A stretch of DNA of 55,391 bases, filler included, from Basidioascus undulatus (GCA_000826855.1; 4 parts of 4 records of this genome joined end to end with filler, not necessarily neighbours in it); one strand, 5' to 3'. Positions 26,901 through 39,210 are shown, counted from the first letter of the whole stretch. Program-made: numbers and translations. The notes: generated by a model from the sequence alone, not told the origin.

Positions 26901-27649
26901 GATAACTCGTTTCACTACATCGCGACGAAGCTCGGCAGCCTCGACCCGCCCGTCGAGCTGCGCAACGAAGACCGCACGGAGGTGGAGCGCCTGGGTGGGC
27001 GGTTGACGGACTTGGAAGACGTATGTTGCAGCTCGCGCTCGCGCTTCAAAAAGAAGAAGTCGCTAACATAGCACGTTGTGCGTCGGACACCGGTCAGCTT
27101 ATTCATAAAGTCCGCAGCGGCTCGTCGGTGCGGGAGGCGGTTGAAGAGCTCATGTGCGTCGCTGCGTGCTTGTCATTCCGAAGGAGAGGGCGTCTGACAG
27201 CCGGTCGGTCCACAGCGCCCAGAACGTCATCGAGCTCCGGCAAGCTGCGTTCGGCGAGGACATGGACGCTGCCAAGGAGCTGCCTTGGTTGCGCGAGCAG
27301 GTCTGGTTGATGATCAAGGCGCTTGCAACAAACGACAAGGTCTGTATTCGGCGCATAAACCAAACCCACGTTGCAGTGAGAGTTTTTGACAATTCGCTGC
27401 GCGGTGTCCAGCTCAAGTATGCGGACGTTCTCGCCGACTGGCCGTTCAAGGGCAAGGAGAGTGCGCTGCACGCGCTCGAGCACCACGATTTGATCATGAT
27501 CTTTCACAAGAACGGTGGGCGGATTTCCAGGCAGCTGAATTAATCCTCATGGTAATCTGACGTTTGGATTCATCGCGACACAGGGCGCCCCTCCCTCATC
27601 CACCCTGGCAAGCCCATCTACCGCTCTGCCTTCGAGCGTCTCCTGCAAG
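23930..27649 (+). CDS. YME2: Mitochondrial escape protein 2 (Yme2/Rna12), 3' end truncated by contig end
   Basis: Presequence MYTPLLRRGALL; VEPRMKDGGAFV, AFLVKGKPWME|DLYRFPS..RVEFDGPDV..LYSLFR|PYG, AFNRLRSATAARNCLDG, WLTSHPRLVLP TM segment, P-loop-like GPRGSGKS, QTGYW|PVF, LGGRLTDLE, GRPSLIHPGKPIYRSAFERL. Confidence 0.93.
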
Positions 27650-27673
27650 GTCCGTCGTCTTCCTACCTCCCCT

Positions 27674-27690
27674 AGATCGGAAGAGCACAC
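27674..27690 (+). other. Illumina adapter read-through at contig end
   Basis: AGATCGGAAGAGCACAC is the start of the standard Illumina TruSeq adapter and directly abuts the gap. Confidence 0.95.
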
Positions 27691-27790
27691 NNNNNNNNNN
27701 NNNNNNNNNNNNNNNNNNNNNNNNNNNNNNNNNNTTAATTAATTAANNNNNNNNNNNNNNNNNNNNNNNNNNNNNNNNNNNNNNNNNNNN
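27691..27790. other. Artificial contig linker N44-TTAATTAATTAA-N44
   Basis: Same 100-nt structure as the other gaps. Confidence 0.98.
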
Positions 27791-29588
27791 AGGGACGACG
27801 GAGAATCTGCTGCACAAGACGCCCGAGCTCCACCGCGGCCAACTGGGCGCGTTCCTCGCCGCGCCCGCGCACGGCCCGATCCTCGGCGCGTTCGTCGACC
27901 GCTTCCGCCTCATGGGCGTCCGCGTCGACGACGCGCTCAGGGTCTTCCTCGCCTCGCTCCACCTCGGCACGGACGCGGCCAGCGCAGAGCGCCTCCTCCA
28001 CGGCTTCGCGGACCGCTACTATGCCGCAAACGCCGCGCTCCTCCCGTTCGACCGCGAGCTCACGGACCGCTTGATCTTTGCTATCATGGAGCTCAACGAC
28101 GCGCTGCATTCGGGCCTCGAGGCGGGGAACCCAGGCGCGGCGAATCTGTTCTCCTTCCCCAACCAGGCGATCTCGGCGGACGACTTTATCGACGCTTTCC
28201 GTGTTCGCGATCCTGAGGTTCGTGGTCTTGCTCAAAATTGCCGTTCAGGATTGGGAGGCGAGGGGCTGACGTGATGTTCTGCTTGATCCCCGACCTGCAG
28301 CACAAGGTCCCGCATGATCAGCTCGAGCGTATCTACGCCAGCGTGCGCCGTGAGCGGATCGAGCAGGCGCGCGAGCGCGACTCGTCCATCCCTGAGCGGC
28401 TCGTCACGCTCAAGCCACACCGTCTGCCATCCCGCCTCGTCTACGGCGTGCCCTCCGAGCCCATCACCGTCACCCTCCCTGCGCCCGACCCGGACTTTTC
28501 GATCAAGCTTGTGGGTGAGTACATGAGCGTTTCGAGGGGCTCTCCACTCCAGGAGCGCACCGCTGACGCTGGTGATCCGCGCAGGCCACGACATGCAGTT
28601 CGACCCGCCCGTGCTTCGCTTCAGCGACTCCGCCTCTGCATCGTTCCGTGTTACTGGGACGGCGCTCGGCTCGCGTGCGATCGTTTTCGTGCGCCTTGGT
28701 GCGAACGCACCCCTCTATGCTTCGCTGCCGCCCAGCAAGGGCTTCATGGTTGAGCGCTCGTTCATGGTGAGTAGCGCAGCCGTGTCGCCGACAGGCAGGC
28801 CGAATCCTGATACCAGTCCTTGCCTCCAGCGCCACACGTTCCAGCTCAGCTTCTTGAACCACTTGAACGTCAAGCGCAAATACCTGTTCAGTGTCGACGA
28901 TGCCGAGACTAGGAACGACTGGGTGCGTTCTGACTTTCGAGCACGATCCTATCAATGCAATTCTGGACTTGGACTAATGGGCCAGTTCGCGCACAGGTCG
29001 GCACGCTCAAGGCGAGCATTGAGCAATGTCAGCGTGCGGCGGCGCAGACATCCGATCGCTCTCCGCTTGTGACCGCGAAAGTGCAGCGCGCAGCGCAAGT
29101 GGTCGGGCTACAAGTCCTGCGCGACGCGCTCATCAAGGAGGACGGCGCCGCGGCCGGAACCAACGGGCGGGGCTCGACGCCGATATCCCGCGAGGGGCGA
29201 CCGGAGACCGGAGACCCCAGCGGCAGGACGCCGTCACGGCACCAGCGCTCGCAGTCCGTTAGCCGGCTCTTCCCCGTTGGAGGGAGGGGCAACGGATCGG
29301 ACACGTCGCAGAAGACGCGGAGCGGCAAGAGCGTCCCTGCGCCTACGCAGGAGGACATGCAGGGGTGCCGCGGAGGGGGCGACATCGGTCAGTCTTATTG
29401 CTGTGTTCTTCGTTTTTGTGTGGGGAATGTGGGACTGACCGAAAAGATTGCATGGCGCGCTCGTAGTCTTGCTCGCCCAGCAGAACTCGCTAGTTCCCCT
29501 CGTCTTGTCCTTCCTGCAAGCGGCGAAGCCCGAAGCGCGGTACGGCTACCAGGCGCCGCCGGAGCCCGAAGTGGGTATGGCTCTCTGA
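27791..29588 (+). CDS. Sec7-domain protein with downstream PH-like region, 5' part missing
   Basis: LGAFLAAP..ILGAFVDRFRLMGVRVDDALRVFLASLHL...ERLLHGFADRYYAAN...LIFAIMELNDALH...ISADDFI...LERIYASVRRERI (Sec7 helices); then RHTFQLSFLNHLNVKRKYLFSVDDAETRNDW; spliced end QQNSLVPLVLSFLQ...GMAL* (TGA 29586-29588). Confidence 0.8.
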
Positions 29589-29966
29589 GGCATTTCATCT
29601 CCAATTTTATTCTTCTTTGGGTACGTTCTGCCAGCCGCTCGACTGCGCTTCTTCCCCCAAATTGTTGACGTCGATTCGTTTTTGCACGTCTCGCAGTCGC
29701 ATATTGCCTTTGTTTCCTGATAATCTCTTGATTGATCGCATCATACAGTGTACTCGTACAGCTCAATATCGCTCGTTCTTGCATCCACTCATACCTTGTT
29801 TTCTGAAAGCGACGGCCAGTCCGCCGAGAGTGCGAGGAAGAGATGACGCGTGCATGGGCTCGTGAGAACAATTCTCTGCGCTCGTTCATCGGTGACTGTT
29901 CCTCTCCTACAACCACCCTGATAATCCATACTTCAAAGGAGTGCTTATTCTGGGTAACCATCCATC

Positions 29967-30355
29967 ATGCCTTACTATTCGGTTGTGACGGGCAGGCACC
30001 CAGGGTGAGTCCGCTGTTGGGGGTCGCCGTCGACGCTCTGCTTACTTCCCTTTCATGCGCTGGGACCAGGATATTCGATGACTGGTCAGTGTCACATCCT
30101 ACTTCCGCTGGCGATATTGCACCTCAAAGCCGAAGTCTCGGCCCCGTTGGATGCAGGAACGACTGCAAGAAGGAGATCGCCAACTTCCCTGGGGCCCGCT
30201 ATCACAAGTTCGACGCGCTCGACGAGGCCGAGGAGTTTCTCGCACTAAACGTGGCGCCACTGCCCTCTGCTGCACCTTCACCAGGACCTGAGGACGCTCA
30301 GAAGGAGGCGGAGAATGCCGGGATCGAGGACGTCGGGTTTCAGGGGATCTCGTAG
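29967..30355 (+). CDS. 83-aa protein consisting of one RNase H1 N-terminal hybrid-binding (caulimovirus viroplasmin-like) domain plus short acidic tail
   Basis: Exons 29967-30004, 30070-30084, 30157-30355 with GTGAGT/GTCAGT donors and CAG acceptors give MPYYSVVTGRHPGIFDDWNDCKKEIANFPGARYHKFDALDEAEEFLALNVAPLPSAAPSPGPEDAQKEAENAGIEDVGFQGIS*. Confidence 0.85.
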
Positions 30356-31292
30356 CGGGGCGGACAGGTGCGCGGGAGGGTTTCGGTGGGCTGGGCGAGA
30401 GACGTGCTACTAGTCAAGTGAGTGTCGAGTGCTTAGCGTGAGGGCGAGATTTTTTCATGTGATGATTAATGAGAGGGTGCATGGGCGCTTTGGTGTAATA
30501 GACGGCAGATTGAAGAAAGAGGGAATGACCTATTCCAAGCTTACATCGGCCTGTACCCTGATATACATGGCCATCATACTCACACGCAAGTTGGTCTAAG
30601 GCTTATTTTAATTTCGCTTGAATCTTTGAAATGGCAATCCCCGACTCGCTCGAGCGTGTGACGAGTCCGACCGGGCATGCGGAGGGCACATAAAAGCGCA
30701 GCTGCAATTTCAACAGCTTCGCATTCCCCTTCAGATGCCAACAGCCATATCTCAGCAAGATGCAATGCATCGCGGAAAATACCCGGAAGCGCTTCTTTCA
30801 ACGGTCTCGACGAAATTGGTCGCACGTTTCGAGCTTCGGAGGTCTATGTGCAATGCACGATACCCAATTGCGTGTGGCATAACTACGTGATCCGTAAGGT
30901 CCTACCCTACAGGCTTGCCTTCACTAAGAACACCGATTACATACCACCCTCGTTCGTAGCTTCAGTGTCTCAACAGCGACTCTCGGCTCAGCGGCGTAGC
31001 CAACCTCTGCGTGAGCTGCAGCTGCTGCCCACATTTTCTGCTCCACTCTCGCCTCGACCCCCGTACAGTCCCAGTATTGTATCTCAAGAGCCTAGGCTAC
31101 CATAAAAAACCAAGGAGCCAAGGCACACCAACAGATTTCGTCAAAGTCAAGCTTGCATTCCCATCCTCGCTCTCTATTACAGGATGTCGTTGTCGTTGTG
31201 TTGTTCGTTTCAGACTGTGGGGTAATGTTCTTAGCGACATACAGCCACTGGATACTGCGGACTAAGCAGGCTCACATGTGGTTTCTGTAGGT

Positions 31293-33139
31293 TTAAGCCA
31301 ACTCGGCCTCGATGATGTCGACAGCGTCCAAAAAGTGAGGAACGAACTTCTTCGGCGCCTCCGTGGCGGGGAAGTGACCCAGCCCGGGCATGATCTTGCA
31401 GTGGGCGCCAGCGATCTTCTTGGCTGTAGCCTGCGAAAGTGCGGGAGTGCAGGACCAGTCGTATTCTGGTAGACAATTCGTGCTCAGCTTCGATGTCCGT
31501 GCGGTTATCCGGCTACCACATACCACCAGTGAGCATCACGACCGGACATTTCTTGGTGTCGATCTTGCCGACCCGGTCACGGCCCTAAGGAGATTGCCAT
31601 TCAGAACGAAGGACGTGAGATGCTGCCCTTTTGGAGCATTAAACTCACGTCGAAGCCACGGAAGTAGTAGATGAGGTCGCCATGCTGCGTGTTTCATGAA
31701 ATTTTTTCAGGGGGATGCAAGACAAGTAGAATGATAAGACTACTCACGAAGATACCCCAGCCTTGAGCCGAGTACATCCACCAAATCTCCCGCTTGCGGC
31801 GCTGGCTGGTTGTTGGCGAAATCATTCCAATGCTGCGTGTAACAGGACGGCTGTCAGCGTCGAAGTACAAAAGATCAGGGAGCCAGACGTACATCCACTC
31901 GGGATTGAAAAGAGACTGGTTGATCGTCGGGTCGCGGCACCAGTCGGGAAGAGCCCTGTATAAAGGGAGTACATTGCCATCAGCTTAACTTGTGCTGCGG
32001 GATATCGGGCTGCAGTAGCCCGTACATGTCCACGTAGTCGGCACCCTGGCAGGGAATCACTCCGCCTGCGCCAATCTCCTCGGGATACATTGCGACCTGA
32101 CATTGAAGGAGGGTCAGCGGACTTCGAAGTTGTAGGTACTACAGAAGACTCACGTTCAAGCAAACCTCCCCAGCCATCGAGGCACCGCAGACGATCGGCT
32201 TGTTGAGCTTGAGCTTGTCGATGACAGCCTTGATAAATCCGAGGTACTTGGCCTCCGTCAACTCGTGCTGCCCCGGTTGCTCGCCGAGGACGGGGAAAGA
32301 GCGCCCATGTCCGGGCAAGTCGACAGCGACCATGTTGCAGCGGGCGCGAGCGCGGGGATCGTTCATGACACCGTGGTACTGACGGCTGTCGGATCCAGCG
32401 GTGTGGAGGAAGAGAACGTCCCGTTTACCCTCACCGGCCTGGTCGTAGAACAGCTTGGTGCGCCCCCAGTTGGGGATGTCGGTCCAAACGTAATGACTAT
32501 TGAAAGGACTGCGTCAGCTTGGGCCCAGGAAAAAGGAAAGCGGCTAGAATCACCCAGTGAGGACGTCCTCCGTTTCAATATCGTCTTGGTCCGTCTCCAC
32601 GACAGACCCGTTCTGCGCGTAGCGCGCAACTTCTAGAAGGCGGCGCCAGAGGTGTGCGAACCGGACGAACTTTCTGTTCAGGCAGCGTGCTCATCAGAGA
32701 TCAAATTGTCGAAAGCCCCGCTTTCGGTTGCGCAGTCCCGAACACCTACTGTTTATCACCGTCGACACACACGCCCTTCTGATTGACGTTCATGCCGAAC
32801 ATCCTACAGAACATGCTTCTGTCAGGCTACACACCATGTTCGAGGCAGTCCTGGCACATACCCGAAGTAAGACTGGAAAGGCATCTTGGGGAGAGGCTTG
32901 AGGAACTCGACCCACTGCTGCGTGTTCGCTAGCAGCGTGAACTCGGGCTTGGCACCTTGACCGAGAGCAGCGATGTTGCCCTGGCGGCCCTGGACGTCCA
33001 CGAGAATGCCATCGCTAGCGTTGTCGGCGCACGCGACGGCGAAGACGACGCTGGCGGCGTGCGTGAGGGAGAAGAACTCGCCGTCTTTGGCAAGTTCGAC
33101 ATTGAGCTTGGAAGCGAGAGGAGTCCAGACGTTCGACAT
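31293..33139 (-). CDS. Alpha/beta-fold hydrolase with an extra N-terminal (SCP2-like?) domain, multi-intron, intact
   Basis: VLFLHTAGSDSRQY, AVDLPGHGRS, nucleophile elbow GASMAG, CPVVMLTG|EYDWSCTP (acid) and GLGHFP (His); all exons splice in frame; TAA at 31295-31293. Confidence 0.88.
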
Positions 33140-34563
33140 AGTTGGAGTTCGAATGGGGAGATCAACGGGAAAAGTATATGGTTGTGAACGAAAAGCGATG
33201 GGAGATCTTTTAATATGGTGGTCGCCTGCACGGGTCCGTGTGACTTCCCGGGAAGACTATGACTGTGCAACCGACATGCACGTTGTAGTCCATAGACAGA
33301 CAGCAGATCACATGGTGTACTACCTGCCTTTTTCCATGGTGTGCAGGCGTTACTTGATTACCGAAAGCTGTCGTTGCAGTTCACGAGACGACCACCGGCT
33401 GCTTGCCGGACCTCCACTCCCCACTCTAGGTCCATTTGGTTTCTCTAACAGCGTCACCATACTCATGTACCCCTTCATACTCGACTTCTTGAGAGATGGC
33501 TTACTGCGACGTGAACGTGGCTCTTCCGGTTGGGATCCCCCAGTCTGGCAGCATCGGCACACCGCTGCAGCTGACCCAGAGGCCGGCCGGCTGTGCTGTA
33601 CAGCCGCTTATGATGGTGGAGGTACCTACTACTTTGTGATCAGACCTCTCAACTCGACACTACGGAACAGTCTCTGCATCAAAGCCCCAGAAACTGCTCA
33701 GCCGCGGGGGGGGCTTTCTCCTGGCTCTGTCTTGCCTGTAATGACATTACACTCCACACTCCTGAAGGCATCACGCAAGATATTCTATCCCAAAAAATGA
33801 TTTATGTAGGTAATTTGAAAGATAATGGCAACGGCTGGTGGGCAGGCAGTGTAAAGAAAAATTGTGTCTCCAGTGGAACCGTGAAGCTTGAAGTCGCGTG
33901 TACGATAGCCGGTGTCGAACTGGGTGAACAGAGCCGAGAAGCTGGAAGCTCCTGCTTTGGCATATTTTCTAAAAATTCAAATCCAGGTGGCATTGTGGGA
34001 GATCCAAGGGAAAGAGAAACACATCTGAGTTGCGTGAGAACGACAATGAACTGGCGAGCAGTCCGCTGGCTCAGAAAACGATGTTGATGCCTGGTGACTA
34101 AACATAGTAAACTGGGATAATGGGACGTTGACAAACAAGCTGAATCCCCAGGGCATGTCTGGAACGATGTGGCTTGGAAAGGAGGGCCGAGGGTTGAAGC
34201 CCATATGGGCGAACTTAATTTTCAAAGACCTGATGCATAGTTGATGTACACTTTCCATCGTCGGTGGGACGTCTGCGATTGCTGCTGAGGGCTCCGGACA
34301 GTTTTTCAGAGTTGAAGCCGTCTTTTTTGCATTGAACTGATGCGAGGTGAAAACATTGCGGAACACTCGGGAAGGAAGACCTCGCTGCTGTCAAGAGACC
34401 CGAGCGTCATTCATATTGGCCCACTGGCGGTTGTCATCCGTCTCTCACCACTCATATCCTCACTTCCCCACTTCGCTTTTTGACCACACCCACAACGGTA
34501 TGTAATACTTAAATATCTTAGAACCTGCTGTTAGACCTTCACGCGCTCGGCGCAGTTCTCGCG

Positions 34564-36190
34564 ATGGTCGATCGGTTTTCGACGCTCGGTCACGGGCTTT
34601 TCCTCAACATCGTTTCCCGTCTCCCCGCCTCGACTCTCGCTAATTTTCTGCGCGTCAACCGCACCATCCATAAGCGCGTTCATTCTTCGATCGAAAACCT
34701 ACATGGCGACCATGCCACGACGTCTCTCGCCGCGGCAGCCCGGCCGTCGCTCCGCGTCCTCAAAGCCGAGCTCAGCATCGAGAACGACGCCCAACTCGCC
34801 CCCGTATTCAGCGCTCGCGGCCCTGCCCGCGCTCGAGCATCTCGATCTCGTGGTAGATGGGCCCCCCGACGTCTTCTTTAACTACTCGCGCTATACGTCC
34901 GAGATGAATGGATGTTCGAGACTATACCACCTCAGCATCGATATTCGAAGGAAAGATCGCGATATGCAATTTGGTCAACACAGAATCATCAAGTGCTGGT
35001 TGGATAGGTGCCATCGGGTGCGTACAACCCTCTGTTCCTCGTACACCTGACGCCTAGACTGACGCAACACTCCTTGGTGCCCCCCGCGCATTCGTCCGCT
35101 CCACCGTCGCTTCCAGCGCCAGCAGGCTCCGGACCCTGCGTATTCGCAGCTGCGAACAGTCCAACGGCGTCGACGTGTCCCCAGGCAGAGATCTGCTGCA
35201 ACTTCCCTCACTTTTGGACTTCGAGATCGTGGACACCGAAATGGATCTGTCATCCGTCCGCTTCGGCACCATCGGCTCTGCGCTCTTGCGCGCCATGCCC
35301 AACCTCCGTTCGTTCTAGATCAGGCCCTCCGAATATTCAACCTCGGAACTCGATCGCTTCCCAACGTGGCCGAAGAGCAACCTCCCAGCTCTTGGCCGCT
35401 TCGAGGGACCCTGGGGCACATGCGCAAAACTGCTGGCAGCATCGAACCCGGCGGACGGGGCCGCGGGCTGCGGGCGCATGGCCTGCGCTCGAAGAGCTGT
35501 GTCGTCTGGCACGAGTGGGGCTTCAGTCGGGAAAAACCCGCAATTCGGGCCGACTTCAAGCGCTTCGTGAACTCGGCGCGCGCGGGGCAGATTCGCGCGC
35601 TCGTCTTCGACGGCTGGGTCATAAACGGGTCCTACGACACGGTGTCCATGCTGCGCGGGCTCGGTCGATCTTTCGCCAACCTCGAGTCGTTCGTCTTACG
35701 CGAGAACTCCTACCGCATGAGGGTCTAAAGCCTCCAGACGCCCTCCGCGATTTGGCCCGCCTCTTCCGGACGGCAAGGAGCTCTTCAGCGCCCTCTCAAT
35801 TCCCCTCGCTCCGCAGCTTCGGCTCCATCCGCGTCAGCGACCCCTTTCCCCGCGGCCAAGGAGCTCAAGCGCTTCCACGAGCTCCTTCAGCTCCGGACTT
35901 GTTAGATTGAGGCGGGACGGGAGGTGGGTGTATGCGGTGAAGTAGAAGGGGGTGGCGGATGTCTGGTGAAGAGGTGTGGAGGGCGCTTCCGAAGCGCAGA
36001 GGTACCAGGACCTGAATGGCTTCGATGCTTCTCTTCCATATGCACAGTAACAAGAAGGCTCCTGCTAATATGCTCCTATCCACGGCGCTCTACGTATTGC
36101 CCGTCAGCCATTGTGCCGTTGGACGCCAGAACCAAAACTCTCCGTAAACCTGACTCCCCAATAGACGCCTCGCCGAGCGAGATGTTATGA
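34564..36190 (+). pseudogene. F-box/LRR (RNI-like) gene relic with multiple frameshifts
   Basis: MVDRFSTLGHGLFLNIVSRLPASTLANFLRVNRTIH is F-box-like. LRR-like units PSLRVLKAEL, ALPALEHLDLVV, SRLYHLSIDI, QIRALVFDG and SFANLESFVL are spread over different frames. 3' end approximate. Confidence 0.55.
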
Positions 36191-36376
36191 AGGGTCTCGA
36201 GACGTATGTCAGCAGATGTGGTCCCAACCGTGGCAATGATGCAAATGCCATTGCAGCGTCACATGCCGCGCAAGCCCAATAATGGTTTGTCAATCATCAT
36301 GCTTCGCAGCTCGGCACGCGGCGTCCAGACAGCTCCAGAACCTCGCCCGCCGACCCTTCTCACGTCGCCCGCTCAC

Positions 36377-38048
36377 TCAGTTGATGACCCGCGAGAGCTT
36401 CTGGACTTGGTTGAGGAGCAGGTCGCCCTGCTTGACGACGAGCTCGTACTGCGCGTTGCGCTTGTCGGGCCGGTTCGTCTCGATCACGCCGTTCACCTTG
36501 TCAATCACGCAGTTCAGGCGGCCGGTGGAGATAAGGCGGGAGAGGTCGCTGTTGGCAAGGAGATGAACGGTCAGCCATCGTGAAGTTGGAGTGAAGAAAG
36601 AAGGCGGAGAAAGAACGCACTGGTCGAGGTACTCCTCCGACACGCCGAACGCGCGCGTCATGCTGTCCATCGTGAAGGAGCGGTACGACTCGAGGAGCTG
36701 GCCGTACGCGCGGATGCGCATCTCGCGCGTGTAGTAGCGCGCGTGCTGGGAGAGCAGGCGGGACGGTCGCAGGTACTCGTCCTCCACGGCGGCTGATGGA
36801 AGTGAAAGAAGGCGGGAAGGTCAGGCTGTGAGGGCGGATGGCAGGGACGGAGAAGAGGATAGAGATGAACCGAGAGAACGGAAGAACTTCGCATAGTCGC
36901 AGCTGTACAGGGAGTTGGCAAAGTCGCGGAGGAGCGGCGCTTGGGGGAGGACTTGGAGGATTTCGGGCGAGGCGATGATCTGTCCATGCATCCCACGTTC
37001 AGAGCGGGTCTTGAGCACCTGCTGCAAGGAGTCGCCTTACCTTCTTCTTCAGGTCGACACGGTCCAATGCAAAGACGCCAGCGAGGACGGTGAGGCGGAT
37101 GAACTCTTCGTAAGGCATGAGCTCGGTGCTCGTGAACGTCGAGAGCGCGTCGAGGAAGTTCGTCGCGGCCGACTTGAAGTCGCGCACGGCGAGGGCGTGC
37201 ACGCCGGAGTACACCTTGAGCCGGTTCCGCCGGTCCCAGTCGCCGCCCTCGTCCACCAGACTGCCGTCCCGCCAAGCGGGCTGTCAGTTTCAAGCCAGAG
37301 AACGATGGGTCCGGTGCGGAGGCAGGACGAGGGGCAGGGTAGAGGAAATGTGAACATACGCTTTGGCGGCGGCGATGTTGTCTACGATGAGCTTGTTGTC
37401 TTGGAAGAAAAGGCCGATGCGGATGAGCGCGAGCGTGATGTCGATGCGTGCTCCGAGCCCAGGCGTCTTCTCTATCGCCAGCTTGTGCGCCTCGACCGCC
37501 TTGTCCTGCAGACCCCGCCATCAGTGAGCTCACGCCGGGATTGTCTGCAACCCGAAGATGTAGGAAGAATAAAAGCCGAGCTGCACACTCACCTTCTCGC
37601 CGATCAGCGCATAGTATGTCGCCCGTGCCCGCAGCGCCTCACTCAGCTCCGACTCGCCCAAGTTCTCCTCCGCCTCCTTCACCCGCGCATCCAGCTTCTC
37701 CAGCTCCTCTGCGTTCGCCTTCCGCAGCCGCTCCAGCAGCGCCCCCGAATCGGGCAGCAGCGTGGGTGGCAGTGATGCGAGGTAAGGCGCCGTCTCTGAT
37801 AGGCAAACAGCTCAGCACAAGAGCAGAAGGTTAAAGTTCCTTCGCGGCGCACCATCCTTCTCGATCATTTCCCGCAAGCGTGTGCGCGCGTCGTCGTGGA
37901 GGTTGGTCAGGGCGGGGTGGGCGAGGATGAATGCGGCTTTGGGGACTTCGAGGTTCGGGATCGGCAGGAGGACGTCCTCGTCGCCGCCGACAGCCACGGG
38001 TGCGCCGGGCTTTTGCTGGGACTTGTCGGTAGTGCGTATTCCGGCCAT
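36377..38048 (-). CDS. RPN7: 26S proteasome lid subunit Rpn7
   Basis: [138 protein letters not shown]. Confidence 0.97.
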
Positions 38049-38486
38049 CGTTTCGGTGCTGGTTTGAGAAATATAGCAAATGCGGGGTGTACAAGGTGTT
38101 CGTGGCTAAAGGGGAAGGCACTCTGGCCCAGCGTCATCTCGACGCGCGTCGCGCCAGCCATTTCGGCTGGGACAGAATTTTCTGCCAGAGCCCTTTCGGC
38201 CAGAACCGCCCATCACACAGCACCTTTTCCTTAGCTTCTCTTCCCGCTTTCCTTGCTATACCCACCATTCACTGTAAAAAATACATACATTTGCTGACAG
38301 ACCGTTCACTAATCAAATCAAACTACAACTCATCGCACAATGCCCGCTGACCTGCCCTCAGCCTTCTCGCTCACGCTCACCGTGCATTCCTTCTTTCGAA
38401 CCCCCTCGAGCCGCTCGATTCGTGAGGAGGCGATTCAGCTACTCACACTCTTCCAGTCTGCATAGAAAGGTGTCACGTCGGGAATC

Positions 38487-39210
38487 ATGAAGCCCGTACC
38501 CTCGCTCCACATCTCCCTTTCTCGCTCCCCATCCGGCGGCGTCGAGCTCTCGAGTGCATTCCGGCCGGAAAGCACGCAAGAGCTTGGAGATCCCCCTGTC
38601 ATGCGCCTCGCGAGGAGGAAGAGGATGTGCGGCGTGTTATCTTGGAGCTCTCGGCGCTGCTTGAGGACTTGCCCATTTCAAGCCCTCCCGGCTCAAGATC
38701 TACGGCTTCGAGTGCGCCTTTGCTCGCTGTGCAGTGTTTGATTTCAGCGCTGACCGTGTGCATCACTGCATCAGCACCCAGATCCACCTCAAGACGCCCA
38801 CGTTCGAGTGGAACGACATCTGCGCGCAACCTTTTTTTTTCTCCCCCTTCTTCCCTCAGGGATTGGTTGCCAAGCGCCGAGCTGACTCCCATGCTCCCAC
38901 GCAGCCCCAGCAGGATGCGCAATCAACCCTCTCTCGCTCTCGCTGCAGCCAAACGCGGACGAGAAAGCGCGCTTCAAGCAGGCTGCCTCCTGCTCTCTCT
39001 GCAGGACAAGGCGGCCGAGCTCGAGCGCGAGGGCGAGACTTGGTCGTAGATGGACAGGGCTTTATGCGAGGGTGGTTCGGAGGGATTCTCGGCGAGGACT
39101 GCGACACTCGGGTTGACTTTGTGGTTGAGAGGTGTGCAGGGGTGTCGCTGAAGTGGCTGCCATGGCTGTTGGGGGGTGGGGGTCTTTCGACACTGCATGA
39201 GCGCCTGTAG
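38487..39210 (+). pseudogene. Possible degenerate orphan gene divergent from RPN7
   Basis: Three overlapping ORFs in different frames with protein-like pieces (EEEDVRRVILELSALLEDLP; LLLSLQDKAAELEREGETW; GWFGGILGEDCDTRVDFVVERC); no family recognised. Confidence 0.25.
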
